Counted from the stretch's first letter, positions 1-20,862 are shown. The stretch is DNA of 64,000 bases from Tubulanus polymorphus (GCF_964204645.1 NC_134028.1:21200345-21264344); one strand, 5' to 3'. Notes: generated by a model not told the origin, from the sequence alone. Program-made: numbers and translations.

Positions 1-88
1 TGAGGAATCTGAAGTTATATTTTCGCCTCATTCGAACTCGCTATTTCGTGTATCAAACTAAGACGTATTTCTTTTTGGAATTTTGCAG

Positions 89-342
89 CTGAATTCGAAG
101 GTAAATGGAACGTTCGTATAGTTCGTCAATGCGCCTATCACGGGGAGCCAGGAGCGGATGAGGGTCGTGTATGCAAGGAACGCGTCGGCACCTACCGAGT
201 ACGCGTCCGTTATTGTCACTGCAACAACAAAGATGGCTGCAATACAGCCACCGGTGCGAAGATTAGCTATGCAGCTTTGTTACCCGTCCTATTGATCACG
301 GCAGCGTTTGGATACAAGAGTTTACACTGGACTTTATCATAG
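89..342 (+). CDS. Ly6/uPAR (quiver/crooked-like) GPI-type protein A, last exon only (gene starts before window)
   Basis: Acceptor ttttgcag ends at 88; phase-1 exon reads EFEGKWNVRIVRQCAYHGEPGADEGRVCKERVGTYRVRVRYCHCNNKDGCN plus hydrophobic tail, TAG 340-342. The CAYxGEPG and CxCNxKDGCN motifs resemble Drosophila Crooked as I recall it; orthology not established. Confidence 0.9.
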
Positions 343-1170
343 TGATAACGAATTGAATTTAGAACCGGGTTTAATCGAGTAGTAAAGATTGACAGAAACT
401 AACCGGAAATATAGAGCCTTTGTTTCCGATTAGTTTCTGATCAGTAGCGAATGATTGATGTTTTAACTCCACGTGGAAAAAACTCCGCGGATTTTAAGGC
501 ATCTCTTTCGGTAGCTAGAATGTAGCCCACCATCTTACACAATTTAGAAACCTACATTCAATGAGAATAATGATCAATGGACGGTTTCTGTTATTTCATT
601 AAAACTTACAAGCAGAATTTAGAACAAAATTGTTAGAGAATGAATACGAAGAACTTAAAGCTAATGGAGATTTTCGTAAAAGAGCTAATGCGATATTCGA
701 ATTAAATTCTACTGTAGATAAAGATAGATATGTTACATTGTACATAGTCATCAATAGGTGTATTATTCTGTTTAGGAAGCTACTAAAGATTTGGTTTGAT
801 TACTATTATGTGGAATCGATTCGCTGTTGAGATCATTGATTGTCGAATATCATTTTGATTTTACCTTCATCTTATCAGTCTCGAATGTCAGATAAAGATT
901 ATATTAGGTTTCGACTCGTCCGTTGTAGAAATAATCGGTATATATATATATATATATGTGTGATTAGATTTTAAAGTACGGTATACCCATGTGTTAGTCT
1001 CCTATATGCGAGTCCGTTCCGCCCAGTTCAGTTAACTGTAAAGAAAATAAGTTGATTGTAGATTTATGTCAGCAACAGTAGCAGCAGTAGCAGCATCGAC
1101 AAGACTGTGATATACGAGAAAATGATACAGACCCTTAATATCGTGATCACTAGAAGATGTTAATACTTTT

Positions 1171-1505
1171 ACGGCCGGTTTTTATAGATCGGTTTAAGCT
1201 GTGGACTATATCCGATGACCCTGGGGATAAAGAATGTTACACCATGAGCTTTCAAACAACTATCAAATCCCCGAGTAACTCTAGGGTTGAGTAACTTCAC
1301 GGAGCATTCAACTCTGGATGTGTTCCTTGGTGGCCAGTTTGATTGAAGTTAATACTGGTCTTCGGAACGGTTTTCGTGAAATTAAGTCCAATAATGTTAT
1401 TAATGAACAGGTCAATTACAGCGAATATGACCGGTCTTTATTCGACCGGTGAGCTTAATCTGGTCTGTGCGGTTAACTAATAGTCAGCTCTCTAAAACCG
1501 GCCGT
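1171..1505. mobile_element. MITE-like element
   Basis: Terminal inverted repeats ACGGCCGGTTTT / AAAACCGGCCGT; no coding capacity. Confidence 0.55.
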
Positions 1506-4081
1506 TGAGGCCAAACTATTTCCCCCGTTGTACATGTTGTACATTTATTTTTTATCGATCTCATTTCCTGGCGGCGGAGGATTTGACCCAAGCGCGTGAT
1601 CAAATGCCTTTCATTCCATTATCGTCCAAGAAGCGAGTAGTAAATTATACGCGATTCCAATATGGAAATACGATTTCTTCGACCAATTAGCTAGGGACTC
1701 ATTCCTTGTATGGATGTGACATCATATTACATGTACATGAATTAATGGATTATTTTGTGATGTATATTGATTGAATAGCTGTGTACATTTGAAGAGTTAG
1801 AGAAAAAATGAATTTCGTTTTTTTTCTTATTCGAACGATCCCGTTTTCATCCAATTTCATGATAGATGAAGAGCTCGGCTTCAATAACAACATCGATATA
1901 AGAAAACGAAACATTTGAAGAAAGTGGCTATGGAATTTCTAGTTTAATTCGTTACGCTATTGTTGTGTATGATGATTGTTTGTTTTGCTCATATTCCCTC
2001 CATTCTATCAAACATTCCGTTTACATTCGCTCTCAGTTGTTCGATGTGTATTTTATAGTTTTTATAATGCGGTATTTTGAACGTTATCGATGTCAATTTT
2101 CAGCAAGCCTTGTTACACCGCCAGTACGATTTATGTACATTCCAACCATGTTTGAAATGTTCTCTTTTTATGAATCATTCTTAAACTGCATGTACTACAA
2201 TTTCGAGAATATTATACTAACCTTATACGAATATATACGATTTACTAAAATTGAGTGAGCGCCACCTCGTGAAAGTCCTTTTACCACTGCAGAATAGGTA
2301 GATAGACCTCCTGCTTAGGAAACTGTTTGTAAATGAATGTTTTTGTGAATCTGACACTAACAAGTTTGAATTTTCTCTTCTAACAACTTTATCTCTCTAT
2401 CTTAAAAATTGAATCAATGCTAATTAATCATTAATCATGGAAAAACAAAACACGTGTACACTAAAAAGACTTTTATATAAATAAAAAAAAAATATGATTG
2501 TTATTTTATATGTCTGTGTTGGTTTTTTTCTGGATATTTTCGATGTGATTTTGATTTCGGCTTACATCGCCATCATCGGTAAAAATTTGAATCGGTAACA
2601 TTTCATTGAAATATGAAAAAGTGTAAATTAATCAGTAATCAACAGTAAGACCCTCAGTAGCATCTTGGATATGTCTATATGCATAAAACCAAATCAAATC
2701 AGTATTTCTTATTATAAAATACATGTAGTAACAAAACCTGAAAATCAGGAACAAATGGCCACTTTGAAAGTACGAGAGCCAGTTCTACAGTTCTAAGACT
2801 TGACTCAATGGAGTTTAAACGTTGGAAATTAATTAATTCTAGCTCTTTATCCGTACGTGAATCGAACCGGACAGATATCTATGCAGCCTGTTGCAGGTCG
2901 ATTGAATATGAGGAGTCGCGCTAAATTGGATTGATATTCACGCTAAACCAAGATGTAATTTATCCCATATTAGCGCGGAGCATCGACGTGTAGATGATCA
3001 TTAGGATCAATAGGATCGAGGGGTTCTTGTACACGTTTTTGGGAAAATGACTAAGAGACGAACTATACCACGAGAATCGACGGAACCATGAATCTGATTA
3101 GTGACGAATGACCAAGACCATTTGACAGTAACCTTAAAACAGTCATTTTCAGTAATACTAAAATTACAACAAAACTAATAAATGTGTATATACAATCCTA
3201 AATCAGGGGACTTTGACAGGAGCACAACGAAAGAAAAAGAGTGTATACTGAAAAGGGGCAAGTTAACTAACCACGCAGCCAAAACAAGGTCTGGAAAGTT
3301 CTGAAATTTCAGTGCATTTTCATACACTAGGCACTTGAGAGTTATTTAGGAGGATATAAGCTTAATCTTGTGTTGCGGCTGTTCTATTAATCGCGGGTGG
3401 AAAAAGTGCCCTGAAAAACTATTGCCGTTGTATTTTCAAAAGGGCACGGGGAAATTCTGAAGCACGTGCTCCTTGTGCTCCGCCTGGATCCGCCCCTGAA
3501 AACGAAGAGACTCGGTGTTTAGTAATGAGATGTGATACAAACAAGGGGTAATGCAACATAGAAACAGTAACAAACTAAACAGAGCAAAACAAACTAGGGA
3601 CACTAGTACTTATTTATGTACAGGAGTATCATATATATAATATTCTTAATTTTAGGGTACATGATATACGTTTCTGGTTGATCATTCATGGCAGAGATAA
3701 AGTTTTTCTTTCATTCAAGCCGAGGCTGATCGCGGTCGGAAACGCCGATGATTTGAGGTATTGTCGCTTTAATTCGAGTTCCATTTTGTTGCAATGTTGC
3801 CCATCGTGTTCCTCTTGGCGACAACTACGCATGCGCATAAACACGAACTAGTGACATTTATAAAGGGGTGTTAGCATTCTAAAACGTTAATTCTAAACTT
3901 TCTTTTTTCAACGAAAATATGAACGGACAAGATTTGTTTCTTTTCCTAGATGAAATGAAATTGTAATATTGATATTTCGTTTTCAGACGGATATTCATGC
4001 CTATTAACCCTTCGTCCAGGCGTTAGGTCGAGTCGAAGTTCGGCCATCTTAGAATTGAATAATGTACACAACTAGAATCCT

Positions 4082-5747
4082 ATGAAAATGAAAACTGAAG
4101 TCGGAATTATTGCCATAATTGCGTTTATCGTAACACTATTCAAAGAAGGTATAGTATTGATGATTTTTGGGGTAATGTATTTTGTGAAAAGCATCGAATA
4201 CGATTAAAATGTATGCCCGATCGAGACAAAATTGCGTAAATAGTTCATGGCTACGCCTATCTCTCATAGACCTGTATACAATGTATACAATGTATATATT
4301 AGTCATTCTAGGATTGAATCGAACATTGAGATTCTCAATCTCAATTATATTCATAATAGTAGTAGTTTATTCTTTATCAAAGTGTGTATTACACTTGTAT
4401 GACAGATAATCAAAATTACAAATCTTAACGTGACATGAGAACGTGATATTCGTCCTCAATTTCGTCAGTGGGGCAAGTTGTACATTATATAGTGTAACTC
4501 ACGGTTTCGCCTTAATTCAAAATGCCTTAATTGGATATGTCTGTATATGCTGCCTATGTGTTTGTAATAATTGACTAATTACAGTTTACATCAATTACTT
4601 AAACATATTCTTTAGCGTAGAGATAGGTCGAATGACAATATGTTGTTATCACTGCTGCCTGTCAATCCAGTTTACATTTGATCCCCTTAGATTTAAGTTA
4701 TATAAAAGCTAGTACTCAGCAGCTCGGAAACACTTTCATGAAAAACTAATAGTTGTCGTTTGCTGTCGATTGCATCCGGTTTTCAACGAGGACAACAATT
4801 TTTCGTGAAACTGGATCCTAAGGCCCATTTGCTCCTGGGTGGAGAGAGGCAATTGGGATGTCGGGGATACAAATGCTACGGCACACTGTGGGTTCAAACC
4901 CACGGCCAGCATCATAGAATCGAACCCTTGACTGCCTGTCCACTCCTTTCCACAATAACAAACATTTTCTGGTAATCTATAGCTCCAAATATCAATCACG
5001 TTTTAAAAGTCGCACAATAATCGTTATAATTTTAGGAGGTGCTATACAGTGTTATCAGTGTGACAGTAATGAAGATAACTCATGTCCAGCCGATCGATGG
5101 TTTGATCAGTCTATGAACGCATTGGTCGATTGTGGAGGCTTCGAAGCCCATGTACCCGGTACTTTCTGCGTCAAAATCTACCAAGAGAGCCCTGGATGTA
5201 AGTATTACGATATTAGTGAGGAATTGTTTGATGCTGGGACCGGACTTAGTCGCTCTATAGGGATACAAAGCCGTTATCAAACTATTTCATGTAAGCTTTT
5301 AGTGATTCCTTCGGGAATGCGGATGTAGTCAACTATCTAATTCACAGTTGATTGTCATTTGATGCATGTGATCAATGGTTTTGACATCCGCCTGCATTGT
5401 TTTCTGATGTTTAGCATTTCATTTACAGGGAACGGATGGGTGAAAATAACAAGGAGATGTGGTTCCAGAACTGATACGGGTTAGTGTCGAGAAACTCTTC
5501 CCCATTTCAAGGTCAAAAGTTTTTTCCTCTCAATGGCTGAATAATGTGAATTTCTTGTTCGTTTTCTTTTGCGCCAGGTGTCGCCTGGGGTTGTCGTTAC
5601 TGGTACGAAGATAACGGTGTATTCAAGGAGACGTGTTACTGCGACAACTTCGACGGATGTAACGGATCTTCCAGAATACCTTACAGTTTTATCACAACTA
5701 TCTTATCCGTCATTTCGGCGACGATATTTATTCGATGGCTGAGATAA
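4082..5747 (+). CDS. Ly6/uPAR (quiver-family) GPI-type protein B, 149 aa
   Basis: Exons 4082-4148, 5036-5197, 5429-5479, 5578-5747 (450 nt, all GT-AG, phase 1). Signal MKMKTEVGIIAIIAFIVTLFKEGGA, then IQCYQCDSNEDNSC...FCVK...RRC...GC...CYCDNFDGCN (10 Cys) and hydrophobic C-tail. Confidence 0.92.
4820..4950 (-). mobile_element. Degenerate tRNA-derived SINE-like remnant in intron
   Basis: Minus strand has B-box-like GGGTTCGATTC / GGTTTGAACCC followed by TGCCTCTCTCCACCCAGGAGCAAATGGG, resembling a conserved central domain of metazoan SINEs (from memory). Confidence 0.4.
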
Positions 5748-5877
5748 TCAAATGATTCTTACTATTCATAACTTTCCACACAGTCCGGAGCTGAAATCAG
5801 CTTTTAATCTGCTGTATATATATTTATATCATAGTATCGTCCAGTGCAAAAAATACGCACCTGCGATGGGATTAATG

Positions 5878-6117
5878 GGTACCGGCGGCATATACCAGAT
5901 GGCGTGACTACGGTCGATTTTACGAAGTCAAAATGAGTTCATTTTCAATCAAATTTGAACTGAATTTTAGGCCCCTGAGTCCAGAAGATTCAACATGTTG
6001 AGTTAATTTTCCACTGAATGTTTGGTATAGCTTTCAACGATCATTGGTTTTACTGCGAGAAATGTAAATCGTAACTGGGCGGATCCTTGCTTGCCACAGT
6101 AGCGGTGCCGGCATCCC
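5878..6117. mobile_element. MITE-like repeat (GGGTACCGGC termini family)
   Basis: Imperfect TIRs; internal AAAATGAGTTCATTTTCAAT...TTTGAACTG and TTGCCACAGTAGCG shared with copies at 40377-40711 and 51717-52050. Confidence 0.6.
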
Positions 6118-8302
6118 ATTACGGACACGATAGACTATTGCGGGGTCTGATAAACTGCGAATTCAGACCGGGTCCGATTTCTACCGGACCCTTTTTTCCA
6201 CTAGATTCAGGTTAACTCTCCTCTTACGCAGGAGTTGTAACATAAAACGTATATATGTTATTCTAATTTCTAGCGAAACCGTCCGTTTAGAGATATCGCT
6301 TTCCTTGTAACCATTTGATTGTAAACATCAACGACTTGTTATGAAATGTGTGTACGACGTAAATGGAGATACATTGATATTATATCGATTAGGCATATCG
6401 TAATCCTCGTCCATAAATCAGTCCAAAAACTAACTATTTAAACTTCATTTTACGCATTTTCTTAGTACTCGCTTATTTTATTATGTATATCATATATTTT
6501 AAACATTTGATTGAAATTTTGGGACCGGGCAGACACGATTTTTGTAACGAATGTTTTACTCAATTAGATCACTGGGGGTAATATTTGTAAATAGTACCTT
6601 ACTACGATAGGATATAACTCGATTCGTTAAAATTGATTTGTAATAAAATCTGATGAATTTATAATTTAAAGTATTTTTTACGGAATAAAAAAAGTTTTTA
6701 ATGAAAATTCTATATGACTGAATTTTTGTTGTTTTGGGGGATTTCGTTCTATCTGGCTTCATATAATAACTGTTGCAGTTGCGATCACCAGAGCTCCAAC
6801 GGCTGGAACTGGAATTTCTCTATTTTCTTTGTCAGGTTTAAACCTTGGCGCGGAATCCATAATGAAATGTAACAGAAACCGATAGCGTTTCGTAATAACT
6901 ACTTTTAATCAATCAAATCATCTGGTCTCACACAAACATAACACAGTGTGCATAGTAGTAATATAGTACATACAATGATAATACACAATAGAGATCAATT
7001 TCATTTAGTTTCGTCAAGAGCATTGGGTACTATCTGATGAAACTAAGGCAGATTTCGATTGTTCGTATTCTGGTCACCGGATTACAAACTCTCCACCGGC
7101 CGCTTCTATCGGCTTTACATTATTATGCTATTTCGGTATTGGTAGAGCGTATTCTGGTTGAAACGAACGCGTCAGTGTCCTAGGAATCGAAACCTGCCTT
7201 GACTGTGAAACGGACACGGAACACGGAAAGGCATGAACCTGAGGGAATCGGTAATGGTATACCAATGGAAGTTAACAGTGATTGGAATGGCACAATCATT
7301 GCATTGATTAATTTCGAAATTCTATCAAAGGTTTATTGTCATCAACCGGAGTCAGTTTGCAGACACCGCCTTCCACAATAACCAAGTATGAGTGGTCGAA
7401 TGTTGTCTGGAACAAAAATGTCACTAAAATACAGAAATTATTGTTGAAATAACGTATCTGTGCGATCGACCAACATTGAAGGCTGTTTTCAACATTCATT
7501 CTTTACGCAAAGAACCAAGAATGGAATACATATAACATCAACTATATACGTAGCACTGAATACATTGGTTATCCGTCAGATATACACCCTACAAAATATA
7601 TACCGGTATATTTACACTAATACAGTGTCTATAAACTATATTATGTAGCGATATGTTAAACTATGAGCTATATCATTATAAACTATACATACAGAAATAC
7701 GTATATTCATATATAAATGTCTTATGCTAAACAACTCCGGGTTTTTCCTCCAAATCTGAGCATTAATATAGGAATTATTGGCTGTAGAGGGCGCTACGCT
7801 ATACACAGTGAATAGCCCCCGATTGTTAGTCAGGAAAAATGGTCATAGTATTGGTGTAAATTCACACCCTAACTGTTTGAAATTTCAGAATTGAGAACTT
7901 CGATGAAATGATTTGGAGACATCGGAAGTTAATCTGTCGAAGTTGATGACTAAATAACCTACACATTCAAATGATATGAAGCCATATGTGTCTAACCAAA
8001 ATTTAACATGATTAATTACTATTGGCACGGTCACGGTCACTGTGGAGATTATCAACCCACTGCAACAACTACAAATGAAAACGAACGATATTTTTAACAA
8101 AAAAAACATAAAATATGGAAGATTGAGTCTTCAGAAAGAACATGGTACATCCCTGGAAGAGTTGATTATATGACCTAGTACCTCTCTATCGGTTATATAT
8201 TCCTCAATACATATGAATGATACAAACCTAAAACCGAATGAAGTCTAATACACGTAATTCATTACTAGCTGAACTGAATTCAATTCAAAGCAGTTTAAAC
8301 TA

Positions 8303-11300
8303 TTAAACAAATTGACGTCTGGTGAGGTAGATAATCGATGACGTCATCACGGTAACGATGACGTAGTACGGTTGGAATGATGACGGGGATGCGTTACACA
8401 GATCTTTCTGACAGTGACAATATTTGACTTTAGTTCTGGCAGTTCCGGCTCTCAGTGTACATTTGATGGGAGCTGCAGCGAATCCACATTGTCGAATGAT
8501 TCTATAATCACCGGTTACTGAAAATAGATACAATATCAACAACCCTTTACTGGGGGGCAAGCCTTTCTGTATAATCATATATACAATCATACCCCGATAT
8601 ACCGCCTGGCCCGAGGTTGTATATTTGCCCATATGTTCCTGTTCAAACTTCATGGTTCTTACAAATCTCAGGGGGTCTGACCCTTTCTAGACAACCAGGG
8701 AAATATCAGGGTGTCTCGTTGTTCTTGCTGTCGATAACTGGAAGAGGAACCTCTCCCAAAGAAACGGCCCCGCCGAGGATATCTTTAATCATAAGATAGT
8801 AAGTAGTCATCTGTATCTATATACTTACTTAAAGATCGACTAGGCTTTAATATGTAAAAATGCATATTTTAATCTCATTCAATAGTTAACTAACCCACAT
8901 AACAGTACAAAATGTTATTTTTTCAACGACATTTAATGTCTTGGACGATTTTTAGAGAATTTGTCATGTTATTTTGTATGATTATGTACGTATAGAGAAA
9001 ATCAAATGTATGGTTAAAAAACTATCTTTAATTAAGGAAAAATTTGATCAAGACTTTGGTCAAGAAACAGCAGGGATATTTTGGCTAGCCTGATATGTAA
9101 GAACCCTTGAGTAGGCCACCTACGAACCTGTCTGTGAGATTTTCCTGCACGATGTTGCATTCGGACATGTTACTATAAGATCATCCGTCAACGTTTTGTC
9201 TTCCATACAGTTAGAATTCAGCTTGGTGTTGCAGCTGTAACATTTCAAAGCTGAACCTTTAAAAAGACAAATTATACAAAACGAATCAACAAATTTCTAT
9301 GGAAGATGTAGCCAATGGGTGTATAAATCAAATTCTGAAACTCTATAGTTTCATCATTATCTAGCTTAGATTATTGTTGCAGACCTCTCAATTGAAACCG
9401 AACTGAGTTGGATTTCACTGTTGCTCTTAGATTCTGAATTTCATAGTATCAGTCAGTATGTTCGACAGCAATTTTAATGTATTCTTTACTCTAATCTGGA
9501 CGTATGAATTCTGCAAAGCAATTCTTATGGATCTTTGTTTTAATTGTGTTAATGAGGCAGCATTTTGCAGGAAATGCAAATGTGAATTCGTTATTAGTTG
9601 CGGTTGGTTAGAGGCTTACGTGTGTCTATTTAAAACTCATTCACCAAGGCCCCAGACTTACAGTGAAAAGGCAATTAACGGATGTACAACTCGTCTCTTC
9701 TATATACGAGTCTTTAGGTAATATAATTGACGTATAATAAACGCGCGTACGGTATGTCCAAGTATGTACGATCGATTCAACACCAGAACAGACATATACA
9801 ACATGGATGGAGGATTAACGAAAATTATCCCCTGTCATTATAAGATATTGACTTGATATACGTCGCAGTATATAGACCTCTAGTCATTGCGGAAACAGTC
9901 AATATCGAACAGATATACTCCAATCCGATGATTTCTATACGTAGGTTGGTCAGGTACAGACTGCACTAAGCAAAATCCAGTCCTTAAGCTGGGCGTAGGT
10001 TGGCCTTGCGATGCGACGCGATCGTCGCAAGGGCATGGGGGGGGGCTAAGTCGGTGGTCGGCCTTGCCACGGCTTGCGACTCACGGCGACATGCTCTACC
10101 ATCTGCGACGCGACGCGACCGTCGCAACCGTCCTACGCGCTCTTGCGACTGGCAGAAACTAGTCGCACACAGTTGCTGGAGAACGCATCGCCCCCACTTG
10201 TGTTACACCGCGACGATCGCGTCGCGTCGCAAGGTCGACCTACGCCCGGCTTTAGGGGCTGTCCATAAAAGACGTCTAGGATAGGATAGGATAGGATTGT
10301 AAATTTCTATAGCGCCTTGTAAATAGCAGGGTTATTATCAAAGACGCTCTCCAGACGAAGATGGTGACTTGAACAGAAATGTCTTGAGCTGTGCTTTGAA
10401 TGCTGGCAGAGAGTCAATATCACGGAGAGGTTGCGGAAGGGAGTTCCACACTGTAGGTGCAAATGTCTCAAATGCACGTCCGCCGAATGATTTAAGACGA
10501 CATGATCTGACTAACAAAAGGTTCTGCGACCCGGAACGAAGTGTTCGGACTGGTCTACAGAAAATTGCTAAATTTTGACCTCCTCCCCACATGTCCACAG
10601 AATGACCATTCTGTATTTTTCTGTAACAATAATCATTGGTAGATCATGATGAAACTAGAGAAATCAATCTTCCTTTGTGCATCGCACAAGAAGCGATTTC
10701 ATCGGATACAGTCATGCAAAATAATGTTTCTTTAATACACTCAATCCGCTATGGACTAAAATCAGTTATTCGTTACATCAATTACAGGAATGAAGCGGTA
10801 AGAAGAAGGATGTCCATATCCAAACAACTTCAACTCCACCTTGTCCACAAAAGTCCAACCCCCTGCCCCTCGATTTTGGACATCTATTATGGACAGCTCC
10901 TTACACAACATGGACCCTCTTATGGATACTGTAAAATTTTAACTTCCTTGGATGCAACATCCTTCTTCTTACCGGGCAGTAAAATTGATTATCACACCTG
11001 ATCAAAAATCTGCGGCGAGATGAGTTGGAAACAATGTAAAAGCGAAAAGCTGAAAGGTGACTGCTGAACATGTTTGAACAGAGTTTAGAAAGAGGTGTTC
11101 TGCAGCATCAGCAGCAGCATCAATTTTCATGTTTTAGTAGGGCCAAACACACACCATACCCGGTGGTCCCCCGTATCCGTGGACCAATCATGATTCCAAT
11201 GATGAAAACTAATTTCATAGTAGATGGGTCATAGTAAGACAGTATAGTTTGAGTCGCAGAATCGGGCACAACATCGACGAAGTCAAATTCAAACGTCCAG

Positions 11301-11541
11301 TGATCTAGTGTGCAAACCACAAGGTTCCAGTACACAATGACTAACGCACAAACCGGACATACTGATGCTGATATGAGGCTATGAGCAGAACTGGTGTATA
11401 ATTGTAGTCCACTAACTACACGTAGTGATGTAAACAGAAAGAATGACGTTAATATTTTAGAGGCTCACCTTCTTCAATCACAAATACGGCGCAGATTACG
11501 AGAAATAGAAAATAACTAATCGCTCGGCAAAATTCCATCAT
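8303..11541 (-). CDS. Ly6/uPAR (quiver/crooked-like) GPI-type protein C, 138 aa
   Basis: Exons 11541-11469, 9256-9128, 8517-8303 (417 nt, phase 1 introns). MMEFCRAISYFLFLVICAVFVIEEGSA-LKCYSC...CRKISQTVTGDYRIIRQCGF...YCHCQKDLCN plus hydrophobic tail. Confidence 0.92.
9987..10251. mobile_element. PIF/Harbinger-type MITE (family 1)
   Basis: About 40-bp TIR AGCYGGGCGTAGGT..CCTTGCGA.GCGACGCGATCGTCGC; TTA at 9984-9986 and 10252-10254; second copy at 39176-39498. Confidence 0.85.
10255..10900. mobile_element. PIF/Harbinger-type MITE (family 2), interrupted by a LINE fragment
   Basis: TIR GGGGCTGTCCATAAAAGACGTC / GACATCTATTATGGACAGCTCC; TTA at 10252-10254 and 10901-10903. Confidence 0.75.
10279..10552 (-). 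mobile_element. L2/CR1-clade LINE 3' fragment
   Basis: Encodes RTLRS...FGGRAF...APTVWNSLP..LR...FKAQLKTFLF (typical ORF2 C-terminus), GGCGCTATAGAAAT 3' motif and (ATCCT)n tail; GTCTA at both junctions (10274-10278, 10553-10557). Confidence 0.85.
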
Positions 11542-11633
11542 TCTCTCGTGATCTGTTCTTCCTCCTCTCTCCTGGTACACTGGTAGCAACGAAGGTCACA
11601 CATCCGGGTACTCGTTCTATTGCTCGCAACGAG

Positions 11634-11640
<7 letters not shown>

Positions 11641-11685
<45 letters not shown>
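11641..11685. repeat. (GCT)15 trinucleotide microsatellite
   Basis: Perfect GCT run about 100 nt upstream of the Ly6-C ATG. Confidence 0.9.
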
Positions 11686-11687
<2 letters not shown>

Positions 11688-12212
11688 AGCTGGAAATACT
11701 ACACGAGGATACGGGACTTAGTACCACCGCAGCCTGCTCAACGATCATCAGCGGCAATCGATTCATTGATTCAATCAAGTGAATCAAGAATCTGAGTAAT
11801 TTCATCTGCCTATTGATTGCTTTTGCTATACATGAGCGCAACATCTTCGGGGTGGATTGGATCTTTAAAAGAATTGAACCGCAGGGTAAAAGTCTGTTTT
11901 AAGTTAATTAATTCGATCAAATCCCAGTGATATTATATAAGCTACCGCTGCATTCAATTAAGTGAGAGAATTGCAATGCGGAGAATACGATAAGTACACA
12001 ATTTCAAAGCAAAATACGTACGTGTAAGGTTTACCGAAAAAAAACTTTTTTCAAACTGTGTAACATGCTTTTTACCAGTGATTCATAACACTAATAGTGC
12101 CTACGTGTAGTTCTGGGCGCTGATAATTGTCAGACTTCCATTAACGGCTGAGGTAATGGAACGTATTATCTATTAGTTTTTTGATGCACGGACGAGATAA
12201 GAAAATCGCGAA

Positions 12213-12248
12213 TATAAAAAGGCTTAATTCAGCCGTGAGAAATCAGTT
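12213..12248 (+). promoter_or_regulatory. Core promoter of protease 1 (TATA + Inr)
   Basis: TATAAAA 12213-12219 and TCAGTT initiator 12243-12248 at about -32 spacing; ATG at 12277. Confidence 0.65.
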
Positions 12249-12276
12249 TTGATTTTACGCTCCAGAATCGACAAAG

Positions 12277-16638
<4,362 letters not shown>

Positions 16639-17738
16639 ACTTAATACCGTATTTTCTTGAAAAGATGTCTGAATAAAGATGCGTATATTTTAAAGAATTG
16701 TATTGATTTTCTATTGATTTCATGGAGCAAAATATGCGAATTAACCGGATTTTTCTGCAATTCTGATAATCGAGGTTTTTATAGATTTCTGATTGACCAG
16801 TCTTCTCTGGTATAAAAACCATTCAATTAGTGAACCGTTGGAACCTTTATCGTTTTAGAGTGTATGGTATACTCATGATGGATCAATGTGTTCTTTTTTA
16901 TACCAAATTCGAACATGCTAACTTTAAAAATTGCGTCTTGAAAAGAGACAAGCGGGAATTAACATCGCGCGATTGTCTCAAAGTCCACACGACCTTGAGA
17001 CGACGATGTACTTAAGATGAAATGAAGCTCATAGGATCGTAGGATTCGGCCATGCATGGAACGGCCAGTACACGGCGTATTAAACTTGTTTGTGAGTGAC
17101 GCGCGGGGTGAGCTTGTAACTTTCCGAAAAATGAGAAACGTAATGTTTTGAAGATGACGCAGCGGGCCGAAATCCATTTTCACGATTTGCAGGGACCAAG
17201 CCGTATAAATGAGAGACTGTAAGATATGCATACATATTTCTAGCCTAGAAATAGCGTTCTTACAAATCTACTACGGCCGACAAAACAGGTGATAAGGGTA
17301 TTGACGATCAATTTACAAAGAAGAGCATTGAAACATATACCTTTAAATGGTGAAATGGTACGTATACCTAAAACGGTTAAATCACGAGTTAAACAAAAGA
17401 TCTGTAAATGCGACCGACCAAAAATCAGCGCTTCGATTTCCCAATTTCAAAATCAAACCTCCCGTTCTGTTCCCGGCAAATTTTATAGGTTTTTAAGGCA
17501 CACCAAGTCAAAAGCAAGGGTGTGTAAACGTAATGAAATCAATCATTCAAATAAATAGGAGGGAAATCAAAACTTGACATTGTTAAAAGACGTCGGTACG
17601 ATCGTCAGTGTTTGGAACTGGAACATGTACTTTACGAGTAAGTAAAACGTGGTCATGGCCGATAATGTTATCAATAGTCATTATCACTATCAGATATTTA
17701 TCTTATTAAGCTTTAATGGACGGTTCAGTTTTCCCAGG

Positions 17739-17774
17739 TATATAAACCGGCCGAGTATCGGGCATCCTTCAGAA
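17739..17774 (+). promoter_or_regulatory. Core promoter of protease 2 (TATA + Inr-like)
   Basis: TATATAAA 17739-17746, TCAGAA 17769-17774, ATG at 17797; same layout as protease 1. Confidence 0.55.
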
Positions 17775-17796
17775 CGGTCAGCATTTTACAGAAATC

Positions 17797-20471
<2,675 letters not shown>

Positions 20472-20862
20472 ATCCGATACCGATTTCCACATTCCCGTGA
20501 ACGTAAAGCGTATGAATTCTGTCATGTCGAATAAACGTCTTAATTCTAATTTCTTCCTTCAGTGTTTTTTCGTTTTTTATTCTTTCTTCATCTTTCACGA
20601 TGTACAGTTGTATCTATACTCTCGAAATTTCAATCTATTGTCAGTTAGATTTATCTGCTTAGAAAAGACCAGGGAACAGCGCTGCTGTCTGTTTAATGGT
20701 TGAAGTTAACCCTATTCATGATTAATACTATGGAAGTAATGATCTTGAAATAGGGATAAATTATCCATTTGATTAGATTTAATACTTTGTTGATTACAAA
20801 CCTAGCACACCTGCCGGGAATAAACACGGGGAATTTAACTGTCACGAAGTCAGTTATCCAGT

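Noticed and set aside
3794-3882. MLPIVFLLATTTHA as signal exon of Ly6-B
   Set aside because: No convincing donor after it; 4082-4148 gives a correct phase-1 join.
7033-7046. CTGATGAAAC as a second hammerhead
   Set aside because: No stem II between CUGAUGA and GAAA.
11617-11844. Poly-Ser ORF
   Set aside because: Artefact of the GCT microsatellite.
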